Source: Squalus acanthias
Taxonomy: Eukaryota
Direction: 5' to 3'
Assembly: GCA_030390025.1 (NCBI GenBank)
Contig: CM059445.1
Location: 12,028,001 to 12,092,000, forward strand
DNA: 64,000 nucleotides
Below are positions 1 through 12,868 of this stretch, one piece after another. Position 1 is the stretch's first letter. Every line of letters starts with the position of its first letter. The position numbers and the translations under genes are program-made. Below the pieces are notes generated by a model. The model had not been told where the DNA came from. It ran no database searches and was given only the letters and a program-made list of their open reading frames with translations.

Positions 1-611
1 GTGGAGTCACTGTTGTAATGTAGGAAACGCGGCAGCCAATTGGAGCACAGCAAGCTCCCACAAACAGCAATGTGATAACTGACCAGGTCTTCTGTTCTAG
101 TGCTGTTGGTTGAACCCATGTCGGATTGTGTAGTCGTTCACTCTGTGTGGACTGTTGGGATGTAGTAAAACTGCGGAAGAAGGTTAGTGTAAGCCTGAAG
201 AAATTGACTTGTTTCAGACTGTGTGTTTAATTGTGGTTTAACTGGATCTTCAGGAGCCAGTAAGAACATGTTGTGTGACAGGCTGCAACAGTTGGTGCGT
301 AGAGTAGGTTCTTAGACTAATTTTGTGCTGAGATATATACCGGAGAAGTGGTTTGTGTATTCAATATAAATTGTTTGGATCTCAGACTCTCCTTTAAATA
401 AACTCTACAGCAAAGAGGGAAGCAGGCTTGATCCACTGTGGGCAGGGTCGTTGCTGGCGTGGAGGCCATTATCAGCCACTGGCAGGCGCTTCCCAGCAAC
501 AGGTGGAACAGTGGCAGTGGCCTGTGTGACCCGTCTCAGCCACAAAAAGCACGTGGCCCGAAGAGATTATACCAACAGAGAAAAACACCGAGAGAAAGCT
601 AGGGAATAGCT

Positions 612-1540
612 CCAACATAAGGTCAGAAATGGGGATGTTCGCTGATGACTGCACAGTGTTCAGCGCCATTCACAACTCCTCAGATAATGAAGCAGTCCAT
701 GCCCGCATGCAACAAGACCTGGACGACGTTCAGGCTTGGGCTGATAAGTGGCAGGTAACATTCGCGCCACAGAAGTGCCAGGCAATGACTATCTCCAACA
801 AGTGAGCGTCTAACCACCGCCCCATGACATTCAATGGCATTACCATCGCCGAATCCCCCACCATCAGCATCCTGGGGGTCACCATTGACCAGAAATTTAA
901 CTGGACCAGCCACATAAATACTGTGGCTACAAGAGCAGGTCAGAGGCTGGGTATTCTGCGGCGAGTGTCTCACCTCCTGACTCCCCAAAGCCTTTCCATC
1001 ATCTACAAGGCACAAGTCAGGAGTCTAATGGAATACTCTCCACTTGCCTGGATGAGTGCAGCTCCAACAACACTCAAGAAGCTCGACACCATCCAAAATA
1101 AAGCAGCCCGTTTGATTGGCACCCCATCCACCACCTTAAACATTCACTCCCTCCATCACCAACGTACCGTGGCCGCAGTGTGTACCATCTACAAGATGCA
1201 CTGCAGCAACTCGCCAAGGCTTCTTCGGCAGCACCTCCCAAACCCACGACTTCTTCCACCTAGAAGGACAAGGGCAGCAGGCGCATGGGAACACCACCAC
1301 CTCCAAGTTCCCCTCCAAGTCACACACCATCCTGACTAAGAAGTACATCGCCAATCCTTCATCGTCGCTGGGTCAAAATCCTGGAACTCACTACCTAACA
1401 GCACTGTGGGAGCACCTTCACCACACGGACTGCAGCGGTTCAAGAAGGTGGCTCACCACCACCTTCTCAAGGGCAATTGGGGATGGGCAATAAATGCTGG
1501 CCTTGCCAGCGATGCTCACATCCCAGGAACGAATAAAAAA
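612..1540 (+). mobile_element. 3' fragment of a non-LTR retrotransposon (CR1/L2-group family distinct from the main CR1), RT C-terminus and A-rich tail
   Basis: FADD-like motif near 637; ORF 824-1339 (GQRLGILRR...YKAQVRSLMEY); ends GAATAAAAAAA; the same family recurs several times in the window. Confidence 0.85.
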
Positions 1541-1547
1541 ACATAAT

Positions 1548-2731
1548 GGCCCAGAAATTTGACTCGGAGGCTTGCCACGGGGGTAAGGATCCCCTGCGAT
1601 ATCACACTCCGCGCCGGCCGTTGTGTTTCGGGTCCACACGAACTTCAGCTCCTGGGCCTCTCCCTGGTGCCGGCGCGCAGTGTGTGCGTGTCCCAGAGGC
1701 GCAGTTAGTTCGATGCGACCTCTGGGATCACGTGGGCTATGGAGAGCCAATGGCAGCACACCATCTTTCATTCATAGATTTGACAGGAGAACTGTCAAAA
1801 CTATGAATACAAATTGCCTCCAAAAGAACAGCTAAACCTCAAATAAATTTTAAAAAAAACCATCACATTAATAAAATAACTATAGTTAAATAAATTAACC
1901 ACTTTAAACAAAAATTTAAATTTTTGAAAAAATTTAAATTCTTTTTAAAAGTTATAAAAATAAACTTACCTTTCTTTAAAGTCTCTAAAAAAGATAAACC
2001 TGTTGAAAAAAATGTAAAATAATACTTAATTAACTACTTACCTTGTTAAAAGGGGGTCTTAAAAGGGCAACACGGTGGCATAGTGGTTAGCACTGGTGCC
2101 TCACAGCGCCAGAGACCCGGGTTCGAATCTGACCTCGGGTGACTGTCTGTGTGGAGTTTGCACATTCTCCCCGTGTCTGCGTGGGTTTCCTCCGGGTGCT
2201 CCGGTTTCCTCCCACAGTCCAAAAATGTGTGGGTTAGGTTGATTTGGCTATGATAAATTGACCCTTAGTGTTAGGGGGGATGAAATATGTGGGGTTATGG
2301 GGATAGGATGGGATATGTTAGGGGGAATTAAATACGTGGGGTTACGGGGGTAGGGTGGGATATGTGTACTGTGGGGATTAAAGCAGGGACAGGGTACTAG
2401 ATTTGGATGATCAGCCATGATCGTATTGAATGGTAGAGCAGGCTCGACGGGCCGAATGGCCTACTCCTGCTCCTAGATTCTATGTTTCTTACGCCTCCTT
2501 TCTTCATGTGTAAAATCTTCCATACTTACCTTCGCATTGAAACCTGAAAAAAAACCTAAGTGTGCTGCGTACGCGCAGCCTCTAGTGCGCACGCGGTTCA
2601 CTTAGGAACCGCCCCCTTCGCCATACCGGAAGTGCCGGTTTCCCGCAGTGCATGCAGGAAACCGGCACTTCGGGACTGAATACGCGAGAGTTTAGTTCGT
2701 ACTCTCCCGTATTCAGCCGAATTTTTGGGCC
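1548..2731. mobile_element. Non-autonomous DNA transposon, PIF/Harbinger-like, with an HE1 SINE inserted in it
   Basis: Terminal inverted repeats GGCCCAGAAATT / AATTTTTGGGCC; 3-bp target duplication AAT (1545-1547, 2732-2734). Confidence 0.7.
2065..2490 (+). mobile_element. HE1-type V-SINE (tRNA-derived head, CR1/HER1-like 3' tail)
   Basis: A-box TGGCATAGTGG and B-box GGTTCGAATC, V-domain core (GTGGAGTTTGCACATTCTCCCCGTG), tail shared with CR1 (GATCAGCCATGAT...CCTACTCCTGCTCC). Confidence 0.85.
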
Positions 2732-3094
2732 AATATACAGGGCACTGAAAGTGAATGGGCAGTGAAAGGTGTAACAAATGCAGACATCGCCCTCTTGTGG
2801 CTGTGGCAGCTCACTGAGCAGAAGGCAAGCAGCAGCTCAGCTAGGCGGCTCATTCCCCTTTCAGTGGCTGAGAAGGGAAGGACGTTAGCCTAAAGTAGCT
2901 GCTTTGTATTTACTGTCGGGGCCGCTGTGTCATGCAATGCCCAGCTTCTACATACTACGACTACTATTACTATAACAAACAACAGAGCCGAACAATTTAT
3001 GTTTAAGACACAAACCGCTGTTGCGGCATATATCTCAGCACAAAACCTGCTCCACATACCAGCTGTTGCAGCCTGTCACACAACATGTTCTTAA

Positions 3095-3548
3095 AAGAAA
3101 GACTTGCATTTCTATAGCGCCTTTCACGACCACTGGACATCTCAAAGCGCTTTACAGCCAATGAAGTACTTTTTTGAAGTGTAGTCACTGTTGTAATGTG
3201 GGAAACGTGGCAGCCAATTTACACACAGCAAGCTCCCACAAACAGCAATGTGATAATGACCAGATTGTCTGTTTTAGTGATAAATATTGGTCAGGACACC
3301 GGGGAGAACTCCCCTGCTCTTCTTCGAATGAGTGCCATGGGATCTTTTACGTCCACCTGAGAGAGCAGACGGGGCCTCGGTTTAACGTCTCATCCGAAAG
3401 ACAGCACCTCCGACAATGCAGCACTCCCTCAGCACTGCACTGGGAGTGTCAGCCTAGACTTTTGTGCTCAAGTCTCTGAAGTGGGACTTGAACCCACAAC
3501 CTTCTGGCTTAGAGGCAAGTGTGCTACCCACTGAGCCACAGCTGACAC
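3095..3548 (-). mobile_element. SacSINE1-like Deu-SINE (tRNA-derived); other copies near 1-113, 11545-11937, 14685-15357, 18538-18985, 20285-20735, 25640-27232, 27720-27880
   Basis: Minus-strand head TGGCTCAGTGG...GGTTCAAGTCC, conserved body, (TTTC)n tail; about 15 copies in the window. Confidence 0.85.
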
Positions 3549-3599
3549 TGTTGTGGCTTCTGAGGATCAAGTTATACCACAAGTAAACACTCTCAGCCT

Positions 3600-6500
3600 G
3601 AAACAAGTCCATTTCTCCAGCTTACACGGACCAAATCGGCGGCAGCAGCGGAGGAGGCGGCAGCTCCGACAATCTCAACAACAACAAAAACCAAGGAGTG
3701 ACGTCACAGGACAGCAGGTCGGTGATTGGTGGGTGAGTATTAATGTATCTTCTCTCTCACCTAGGACAGTGGCTTAAACTAGGAGCGGCAAGCTATAACG
3801 TACTTTATTAAATGTATAACTTAACCAGTTGAACTAATTAATATAACTACAAATAGTCGTTGAATAAAGACTTTAACTAATTAAAATTAAACAGCGGGAT
3901 CAGCGGCGTTATAAAGAGCCTTCAAACAGAAAAATCAAGGAGTGACATCACAGGGCAGCAGGTAAGTGGTTGGTTGGTGAGTATTACTGTTTTTTTAGTC
4001 TCTAAGCTAGCTAAGAAACTGTAAATTGCGATAACTTTACTTTATTAAATTAGTAACTAAAACTGGATAAACCAATTAAGTAATAAAACTAAAATGATTG
4101 AGAAAAAAATAATTAATTAACTAATCAAATAAATAAAGAAGGTTAGCTAGACATGGCAGGGCAGGTGGTGAGCTGTAACTGCAGCATGTGGGAGTTTGTG
4201 GAGATCAGCGCGATCCCGAGTGTCTGCAGCTCGAGGAACTTCGGCTCAGAGTTGTTGAGCTGGAGTACGAGGTGCAGATATTGCAGGGCATCAGGGAGGG
4301 GGAGAGTTACCTGGACACTTTGTTCCAGGAGGCAGTCACACCCCTTAGTTTCAGTAGCACTTTAGAGTTCGTCAGTGGTCAGGGACAGGAGGTTGTGACT
4401 GCGAGTCAGGAAGGTATGGGGACCCAGGATGTAGTGATGGAGAAGCCTCGACCCTTGTCTCTGACCAACAGGTATGAGGTACTCGCTACCTGTGTGGCTG
4501 GGAACAAGGACTGCAGGATAGATGAGCAAACTGACCATGGCACCATGGTGCAGGAGGCCATTCAAGTGTGGGGAGTGAAAAGGAATGTAGTTGTGGTCGG
4601 GGACAGTATAGTCAGGGGAATAGATACTGTTCTCTGCAGCCGCGATGGTTCTGTTGCCAGGGTTAAGAATATCTCGTCGCGGCTGGAGAAGAACTTGGAG
4701 TAGGAGGAGGAGGGGGAGGATCCAGTTGTCGTGGTCCACATAGGAACCAACGACATAGGTAGAACTAGGAATGAGGTTCTGCTGAGGGAGTTTGAGGAGC
4801 TCGGATCCAAATTAAAAAGCAGAACTTCAAAGGTAATAATCTCTGGATTGTTACCTGAGCCACGCGCAAATTGGCATAGCGACAAACAGATTAGAGGTTT
4901 AAATGCGTGGCTCAAAGAGTGGTGTGGGAGGAAGGGGTTTCAGTTCATGGGGCACTGGCACCAGTACTGGGGAAAGAGGGAGCTGTTCCGTTGGAACAGG
5001 CTCCACTTAAACCGGGCTGGGACCAGTGTCCTGGCGAATCAAATAACTAGGGCAGTAGACAGGGCTTTAAACTAATGAAGGGGGGGTGGGAGGATTCAGG
5101 AAAGAGTCAATTTAAAAGCAGCAAGAGAAATGTCAAGGCTCTAGAGCAGAGTAGAATTTTGGGTAAAAATAAGCAGAGTGGGTCAGGAAGGGACAGAGAG
5201 AGTAACAAAGGTAATAGAGCATCAGTGACTAAGGTGACATCAGGGAAAAATAGAAAAAAGTCAAAGCTAAGGGCACTATATCTGAATGCGCGAAGCATTC
5301 ACAACAAAATAGATGAATTAATAGCGCAGATAGAAATTAATAGGTTTGATCTAATAGCCATTACGGAGAGGTGGTTGCAAAGTGACCAAGGTTGGGAACT
5401 AAATATTCCGGGATACTTAACTTTTAGAAGAGATAGGCAAAATGGAAAAAGTAGAAGTAAAATCAGTTTGGGTGGAGCTAAGAAACAGGACTCAGGAAAT
5501 TAGAGGCACATGTAACAAGGGTAATACAGTAATCATGGGGGACTTTAATCTACATACAGACTGGGCAAACCAAATTTGCAGGAATAGTGTGGAGGACGAA
5601 TTCATGGAATGTGTGCAAGATAGTTTTCTAGATCAGTATGTTGAGGAACCAACTAGGGAACAGGCTATTTTAGATCTAGTATTGTGCAATGAAAAAGGGT
5701 TAATTAATAACCTTGCAGTAAAGGGGCCTTTAGGGAAGAGTGACCATAATATGATAGAATTTTATATTGAGTTTGAAAGTGATTTAGTTAAATCCGAAAC
5801 TATGGTCTTCAATCAGAATAAACTACGTAGGTATGAGGGGCGAGTTGGCTAAGGTAGATTGGGAAACTACATTAAAAGGTATGACGGTAGACAAGCAATG
5901 GCTAGCATTTAAAGAAATTATACATAATTTACAACAAATATGCATTCCTTTAAGGCACAAAAACCCCACAGGAAAAGTGGTCCAACCATGGCTAACAAGA
6001 GAAGTTAAAGATAGCATTAGATTAAAGGAAGAGGTTTATAATGTTGCCAAAAAGAGTAGTAATAATGAGGATTGGGAGGATTTTAGAATTCAGCAAAGGA
6101 GGACCAAGAAATTGATAAGGAAAGAGAAAAAAGGATATGAGAGTAAATTAGCAAGAGACATAAAAACAGATTGTTTTGTAAATAGGAAGAGATTAGTGAA
6201 AGTAAACATGGGCCCATTAGAGGCAGAGACAGGAGAAATTATAATGGGCAATAAAGAAATGGCAGAGACATTAAACAAATACTTTGTATCTGTCTTCACG
6301 GTAGAAGACACAACAAACATTCCAGAAATAATGGGGAACCAATGGTCTCGAGAGAATGAGGAACTTAAAGAAATCAATATAAGTAAAGACATAGTACTGG
6401 AGAAATTAATGAGACTAAGTGGCGACAAATCCCCTGGACCTGACGACCTGCATCCTAGGGTTTTAAAAGAGGTAGCTGTAGAGATAGTGGATGCACTGGT

Positions 6501-8005
6501 ATTAATCTTCCAGAATTCCCTAGATTCTAGAACAGTCCCCAAGGATTGGAAGGTAGCAAACATAACCCCGATATTTAAGAAAGGAGGAAGAGAAAAAATG
6601 GGGAACTATAGGCCCGTTAGCCTGACATCAGTAGTAGGCAAAATGTTAGAATCTATTATTAGGGACGTGGTAACAGGGCACTTAGAAAATCATAATATGA
6701 TTAGGCAGAGTCAACATGGTTTTATGAAAGGGAAATCGTGTTTGAAAAATCCGTTAGAGTTTTTTGAAGATGTATCTAGTAGGATGGATAAGGAGGAACC
6801 AGTGGATGTGGTGTGTTTGAATTTTCAAAAAGCATTCGATAAGGTGCCACATAAGAGGTTCTTACACAAAATTAGGACTCATGGTATTGGGGGTAATATA
6901 TTAGTATGGATTGAGGATTGGTTAATGGACAGAAAACAGAGAGTAGGGACATAAGAACATAAGAAATAGGAGCAGGAGTGGAATAAATGGGACTTTTTCA
7001 GGTTGGTAGGCTGTAACTAGCGGGGTAGCGCAAGGATCAGTGCTTGGGCCTCAGCTATTTACAATCTATATTAATGATTTAGATGAAGGGACTGAGTGTA
7101 ATGTATCCAAGTTTGCTGATGATACAAAGTTAGGTGGGAAAGTAAGCTGCGAGGAGGACGCAAAGAGGCTGCAGAGAGATATAGACAGGTTGACTGAGTG
7201 GGCAAGAACATGGCAAATGGAATACAATGTGGGGAAGTGTGAAGTTATCCACTTTGGTAGGAAAAACAAAAAAGCAGAATTTTTTTGAATGGTGAGAAAC
7301 GGGAAATGTTTGCACTGAGAGGGACCTGGGTGTCCTTGTACATGAATCACAGAAAGTTAACATGCAGGTACAGCAAGCAATTAGGAAAGCAAATGGTATG
7401 TTAACTTTTGTTACAAAGGGATTAGAGTATAAGAGTAAAGAAGTCTTTCTACAATTATACAGGGCATTGGTGAGGCCACACCTGGAGTACTGTGTACAGT
7501 TCTGGTCTCCTTACCTAAGGAAATACATACTTGCCTTAGAGGGAGTGCAGCGAAGGTTCACTAGACTGGTTCCTGGGAGGAGGGGACTGCCCTATGAGGA
7601 GAGATTGAGTAGACGAGGCCTATATTCCCTAGAGTTTAGAAGAATGAGAGGTGATCTAACTGAAACATATAAAATTATTAAGGGGCTTGACAGGGTTAAT
7701 GCCGAGAAAATGTTTCCGGGGTCACAGTCACAGAATAAGGAGTCGGCCATTTAGGTCTGAAATGAGGAGAAATTTCTTCACTCAAAGGGTGGTGAATCTT
7801 TGGAATTCTCTACCCCAGAGGGCTGTGGATGCTCAGTCATTGAGTATATTCAAGACAGAAGTCGATAAATTTTTGGGAACGAAGGGAATTAAGGGATAGT
7901 GCGGGAAGGTGGAGATGAGGTAGAAGATCAGCCATGATCTGGTTGAATGGCAGAGCAGGCTAGAAGGGCCAAATGGCCGACTCCTGCTCCTATTTCTTAT
8001 GTTCT
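3600..8005 (+). mobile_element. Near full-length, disabled CR1 LINE (ORF1 zinc-finger/SGNH esterase; ORF2 endonuclease and RT)
   Basis: ORF1 pieces 4153-5075 (VGDSIVRG, HIGTND); ORF2 pieces 5075-7900 (LYLNARS, GDFN, SDHN, QHGF, FADD) with stops, frameshifts and deletions; TTCTTATGTTCTT tail. Confidence 0.95.
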
Positions 8006-8029
8006 TGCACAGTTTGAATATATCCGAAT

Positions 8030-9720
8030 AGTCCACACACAGTCCTAATTCGCACCAAGTTCCACACACCCGTTACCCCTGAGCTCTCTGACCTACATTG
8101 GCTCTCACACCACCAATGCCTCAAATTTAAAATTCTCATCCTCATGTTCAAATCCCTTCATGGTCTCACCTCCCTCCCTATCTCTGTAACTTCCTTCAGC
8201 CCTACAACCCTCCGAAAACTCTGCATTTTTCCATTGGCGGCCGTGCCTTCAGCTGCCGGGACCGTAGACATTGGAATTCCCTCCCTAAACTTCTCCGCCT
8301 CTCTCTACCTCTCTCTCCTCCTTTAAGACCCTCCTTAAAACCTACCTCTTTGACCAAGCTTTTAGTCACCTGTTTAATATCTCCTTTGGCTCAGTGTCAA
8401 TTCACGTTCCTGTGAAGCACCTTGGGAAGTTTTCCTCTGTTAAAGATGCACGTTGTTGTTAGATAGCACTATTAACGAAGAATAACATCCCAGGGTACTT
8501 TACAGAGACTTAATTATAAAATGGACATTGCGAAAAAGGAGATAGTAGGAGGCGTGAAAAATCCTTGGTCAAAGAGGTGTTTTAAGGATGGTCTTAAAGG
8601 AGGAGAGGGACATGGAGAGGCAGAGAGCTTTAGGAAGGGAATTCCAGAGCATGGAGCCTAAATGGCTGCGGGCATGGCCACCAATGGTGGAACCAAAGGC
8701 CAGAGTCAGCGAAACGCAGAGTTCAGGGGGTTGTGGGGCTGGAGAGCGAGCGGGGGGCGGGGGGGCGAGGCCATGGAGGAATTTGAAAGAGAATTTTAAA
8801 TTGGAGTCATTGGAGGACTGGAAGACAATGTAGGCTGGACAGGGGTGATGGGTGAATGGGACTTGGGTACGGGCAACAGAGTTTGAGATGAGCTGAAATT
8901 CATGGAATGTGGAGGATGGCGGCCGGCCAGGAGAACATTGCAATAGTTGTCTCGGAGGTAACAAGAGTATGGTTCAGCGGAAGACTGGCTGAGGTGAGGG
9001 TGGTGGAGACGGCGATGTTATGGAGATGGAAGTAGGTGGTCTTTGAGATGGAGAGGATATGGGGTAAGAAGTTCCAGTTTGGAATCAGTGGCAAGGGCAT
9101 GGAGTTCGTGGCAGGGGTCAAAGACGATGGTTTCAGTCTTCCTAATGTTTAACTGGAGGAAATTACCACTCATCTCGGACTGGATGAGGAGGACGGTGTG
9201 GGTGACCAGGTCAAAGGCTACAGGAGGAGGAAGGATAGTGCCCCATGGTCAGAGGGGCGATGGATTTACGGAACTTGGTGTGGTCACAGTCACAGAGAAT
9301 TTCATCGGTGACTTTGATTCGGGCCATTTCAGTGCTGTGGGAGGGGTGGAAACTTGATTGGAGAGATTCAAGCATGGGGTTGTGGGAGAGATGGGCACGG
9401 ATTTGGGAGGCGCCAACACAGTCAAGGAGGTTGGAGGGAAAAGGGATGTCGAAGGTGTAGATTGCAAACACAGAGGAGCTGAGGGCGGTTCGGCTCCTTT
9501 TTTGAGGAAGAGGGTGATGACGGCGGGGGTCATCAGGAAGGGCACGAGGGGAGACAGGAGGAAGACGCAGGTTCAGAGCTGAGCCAAGGGGGAGCCTGGA
9601 GGGAAGTTTGGCTGGATGGCTAAGGGGAGGATGGGAGGGTGCGGGGTGGGGGGCAGGGGAAGTAGCAGAAGCAGCCGAGCGAATGTTGTGACAAAAAAGT
9701 CCATGAGCTCCTCGCGCTTG
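8030..9720. mobile_element. Degenerate L2-like LINE relics (plus-strand 3' end about 8030-8450; minus-strand body about 8470-9720)
   Basis: L2-type 3' motifs (TTTAAAATTCTCATCC, CCTTAAAACCTACCTCTTTGACCAAGC) and decayed RT peptide QSSFHPSHSTE. Confidence 0.7.
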
Positions 9721-10489
9721 TGGTTGGTGTTAGTTACAGCGCACTAAATGTTCAGGTGTTGCTCTGAATAACCTGTACAATGATGCGATGGCTCAGCAGA
9801 GTACACTCTCCATTGAAATACATATTTACTTGGTTCCAGTATCTAATTTCTGAGCAGTGGCTGACCCTGGATTGTTGTCTTCATCTTTCATTGAGAGCTG
9901 TAACCACAGTTCAGTTGAATAATGAGATGGCTGTCGTAAGTTTGGATTGCTCAGCTATGTCAACTCCATAACTCAAAAGTTTTTACTTTGAAAAAGTGCA
10001 AATATTTACTTTTAACAGGGGTCTGAATGTTTGACAGATGCCAACTGGGCTTCTGTCTCATCCTGTTCAGCCGCTGATAGATTGCTTTCCAAGTACTGAA
10101 GTTGTTAACAACACACAGAGTAAACATTTACTTTAAGATCTTGTTCATGGATCCATGTGTAACTCAATGCCCCTCCTTCGCCTCCCCTTCCCTGCCTAGC
10201 ACTGAGTGGCACTGGGATCCCACGCAGCATTCTAGTCCAGAATCTTATCTAAAGACTTCACGTTCCCGATCGGTGCCTTGTGACGCTGGTCCTGAGTACA
10301 GCGAATAAATCTTAAAAAGGACAGATAGGAATTGCAGTTTACTAGTCTGACTTCACAGGAACTCACTCACTGAAGCCTCGAACTGTGCTTATTTCGTGGA
10401 AACTCCAGGAATCGATAGATGGGCTTTAACCAGTTTGCACTGGAGCATAAGGTAAGAACTCTGATCTCTGTAGGTTCAGAAAGCTTTAA

Positions 10490-11098
10490 AAAAATTAATT
10501 CGTGGGTATGTGGGCATCACTGGCAAGGCCAGCATTTATTGCCCATCCCTCATTGCCCTTGAGAAGGTGGTGGTGAGCCGCCTTCTTGAACCGCTGCAGT
10601 CCGTGTGGTGAAGGTACTCCCACAGTGCTGTTAGGTAGGGAGTTCCAGGATTTTGACCCAGCGACGATGAAGGAACGGCCGTTATATTTCCAAGTCAGGA
10701 TGGTGTGTGACTTGGAGGGGAATTTGGAGGTGGTGGTGTTCCCACGCGCCTGCTGCCCTTGTCCTTCTAGGTGGAAGAGGTCGCGGGTTTGGAAGGTGCT
10801 GTCGAAGAAGCCTTGGCGAGTTGCTACAGTGCATCTTGTAGATGGTACACACTGCAGCCACGGTACGCCGGTGGTGGAGGGAGTGAATGTTTAAGGTGGT
10901 GGATGGAGTGCCAATCAAGCGGGCTGCTTTGTCCTGGATGGTGTCGAGCTTCTTGAGTGTTGTTGGAGCTGCACTCATCCAGGCAAGTGGAGAGTATTCC
11001 ATCACACTCCTGACTTGTGCCTTGTAGATGGTGGAAAGGCTTTGGGGAGTCAGGAGGTGAGACACTCGCCGCAGAATACCTAGCCTCTGACCTGCTCT
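10490..11098 (-). mobile_element. 3' fragment of the same LINE family as 612-1540; further copies near 17575-18040 (+), 25140-25530 (-), 38965-39238 (-), 53138-53630, 57020-57632 (-)
   Basis: Near-identical peptide SHLLTPQSLSTIYKAQVRSVMEYSPLAW in each copy. Confidence 0.9.
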
Positions 11099-12136
11099 GT
11101 GCTGAGTTACCCGACCTCAGCACCACATTTGGTCACAGATCCCCTGTGATGGAGAGGGGGAACCACACAAAGGTCACCCATTCCTGATCACTGTCCTGTG
11201 ACGCCCGCTGGAGCATGCTTGAGCGCGTATGTTGGGTGAGGACAGGATTGGGCTGGGCTGTGATGCCCCCACAGTGGAATGGCCTGCCAGCACTTACTAT
11301 GACGAGAGTTAGTGCCTTCAGCAAAGGGCAAAGACCGGGGGGATAAAGCACTGCACAATGAAGTGTGTTAGCTTGTTGCTGTGGGACATAACGAACTCTA
11401 TCAGCCCAAGGGCTGCTTTACACCTGCCTGATTTACCGATATACATTTTTCATTTGAAAATATGAGTGGAATAGCATGATTTAACTGCTTATTTTGATTA
11501 AAGGATTTTACCACACCATATTATCAGCCATAAATGTCAAAGGAAAAAAGAAAGAACTTACGCCTTTCACGATGTCCCAGTTAAGTACAGCCAATTAAGT
11601 ACTTTTGAAGTGTAGTCACTGTTGTAAAGTTGGGATCGCAACAACCAATTTGCGCACAGCAATGCGATAATGACCAGATAATCTATTTTTCGTGATGTTG
11701 GTTGAGGGATAAATATTGGCCAGGACACTGGGGATAACTCACCTGCTCTTTTATGTCCACCTGGTCTCGGTTTAATGTCTCCTCCGATAGACGGCACCAC
11801 CGACAGTGCGGCACTCCCTCAGCACTGCACTGGAGTGTCAGCCTAGATTATTGTGCTCAAGTCACTGGGGTGGGACATGAACCCAACAACCTTCTGACTT
11901 GGAGGCGAGAGTGCTGCCCACTGAGCCACTGGCTCACACTTTGAACATCCATAGATCAACACGAGCAATGTGTCTACCAGCAGATGGGGACAAAGTGGGT
12001 CGGTTTGTTGGGTGACGGAGATACTGAATCCACTCTTTCCTCTGACACAGTAACGAGCTACGAGCAAGCATCCGAGCAGTAGCTCCGGCACTCCGTGCAG
12101 GCCCAAGTGTTTCACTGCGCTTCAACACATCCCAAC

Positions 12137-12250
12137 ATGGACAGAAGGAGGGAGAGCCTGGTCCCTGCCAGAGGCACAGAGAAAAGAATGTCTATCTCAA
12201 ACAGAGGAAGAACCTACAGCATTCCTTTACTAAGCAAAGCAAAAATAGAG
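12137..12250 (+). CDS. Tctex-type dynein light chain, first coding exon (MDRRRESLVPARGTEKRMSISNRGRTYSIPLLSKAKIE)
   Basis: Strong Kozak AACATGG; RRxS/KRxS motifs typical of TCTEX1D N-termini; phase-0 donor GAG|GTAAAG fits the phase-0 acceptor at 16160; upstream acceptor ctctttcctctgacacag ends at 12050. Confidence 0.7.
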
Positions 12251-12344
12251 GTAAAGCATGGCACGGCTGGGGCACAGGTATAACATGAGAATGGCACAGG
12301 TGTGGCTGCTCATTTATAAGTTATTCATTTTCCTTTTGTTTTGT

Positions 12345-12868
12345 GTCTCCTTATCTGAGGAAGGATATACTTGCCTTAGAGGCGGTGCAACAAAGGTTCA
12401 CTAGATTGATCCCTGGGATGAGAGGGTTGTCCTATGAGGAGATTGAGTAGATTGGGCCTATACTCTCTGGAGTTTAGAAGAATGAGAGGTGATCTCATTG
12501 AAACATATAAGATTCTGAGGGGGATTGACAGGGTAGATACTGAGAGGTTGTTTCCCCTGGCTGGAGAGTCTAGAACTAGGGGGCATAGTCTCAGGATAAG
12601 GGGTCGGCCATTTCAGTCTGAGATGAGGAGGAATTTCTTCACTCAGAGGGTTGTGAATCTTTGGAATTCTCTGCCCCAAAGGGCTGTGGAGGCTGAGTCG
12701 TTTATATTCAAGGCTGAGATCGATAGATTTTTGGACTCTAGGGGAATCAAGGGATATGGAGATAGGCCTGGAAAATGGAGTTGTGGTCGAAGATTATCCA
12801 TGATCTTATTGAATGGCGGAGCAGGCTCGAGGGGCCGTATGGCCTCCTAATTCTTATGTTCTTATGTT
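12345..12868 (+). mobile_element. CR1 3' fragment; other short 3' fragments near 14840-15060, 15594-15840, 16530-16960, 19196-19725, 34612-34875, 37080-37300
   Basis: [19 protein letters not shown] peptide plus CR1 3' UTR and tail. Confidence 0.9.

Noticed and set aside
3480-3548. tRNA-like A/B boxes here and in many other places
   Set aside because: They are SINE heads attached to SINE bodies, not tRNA genes
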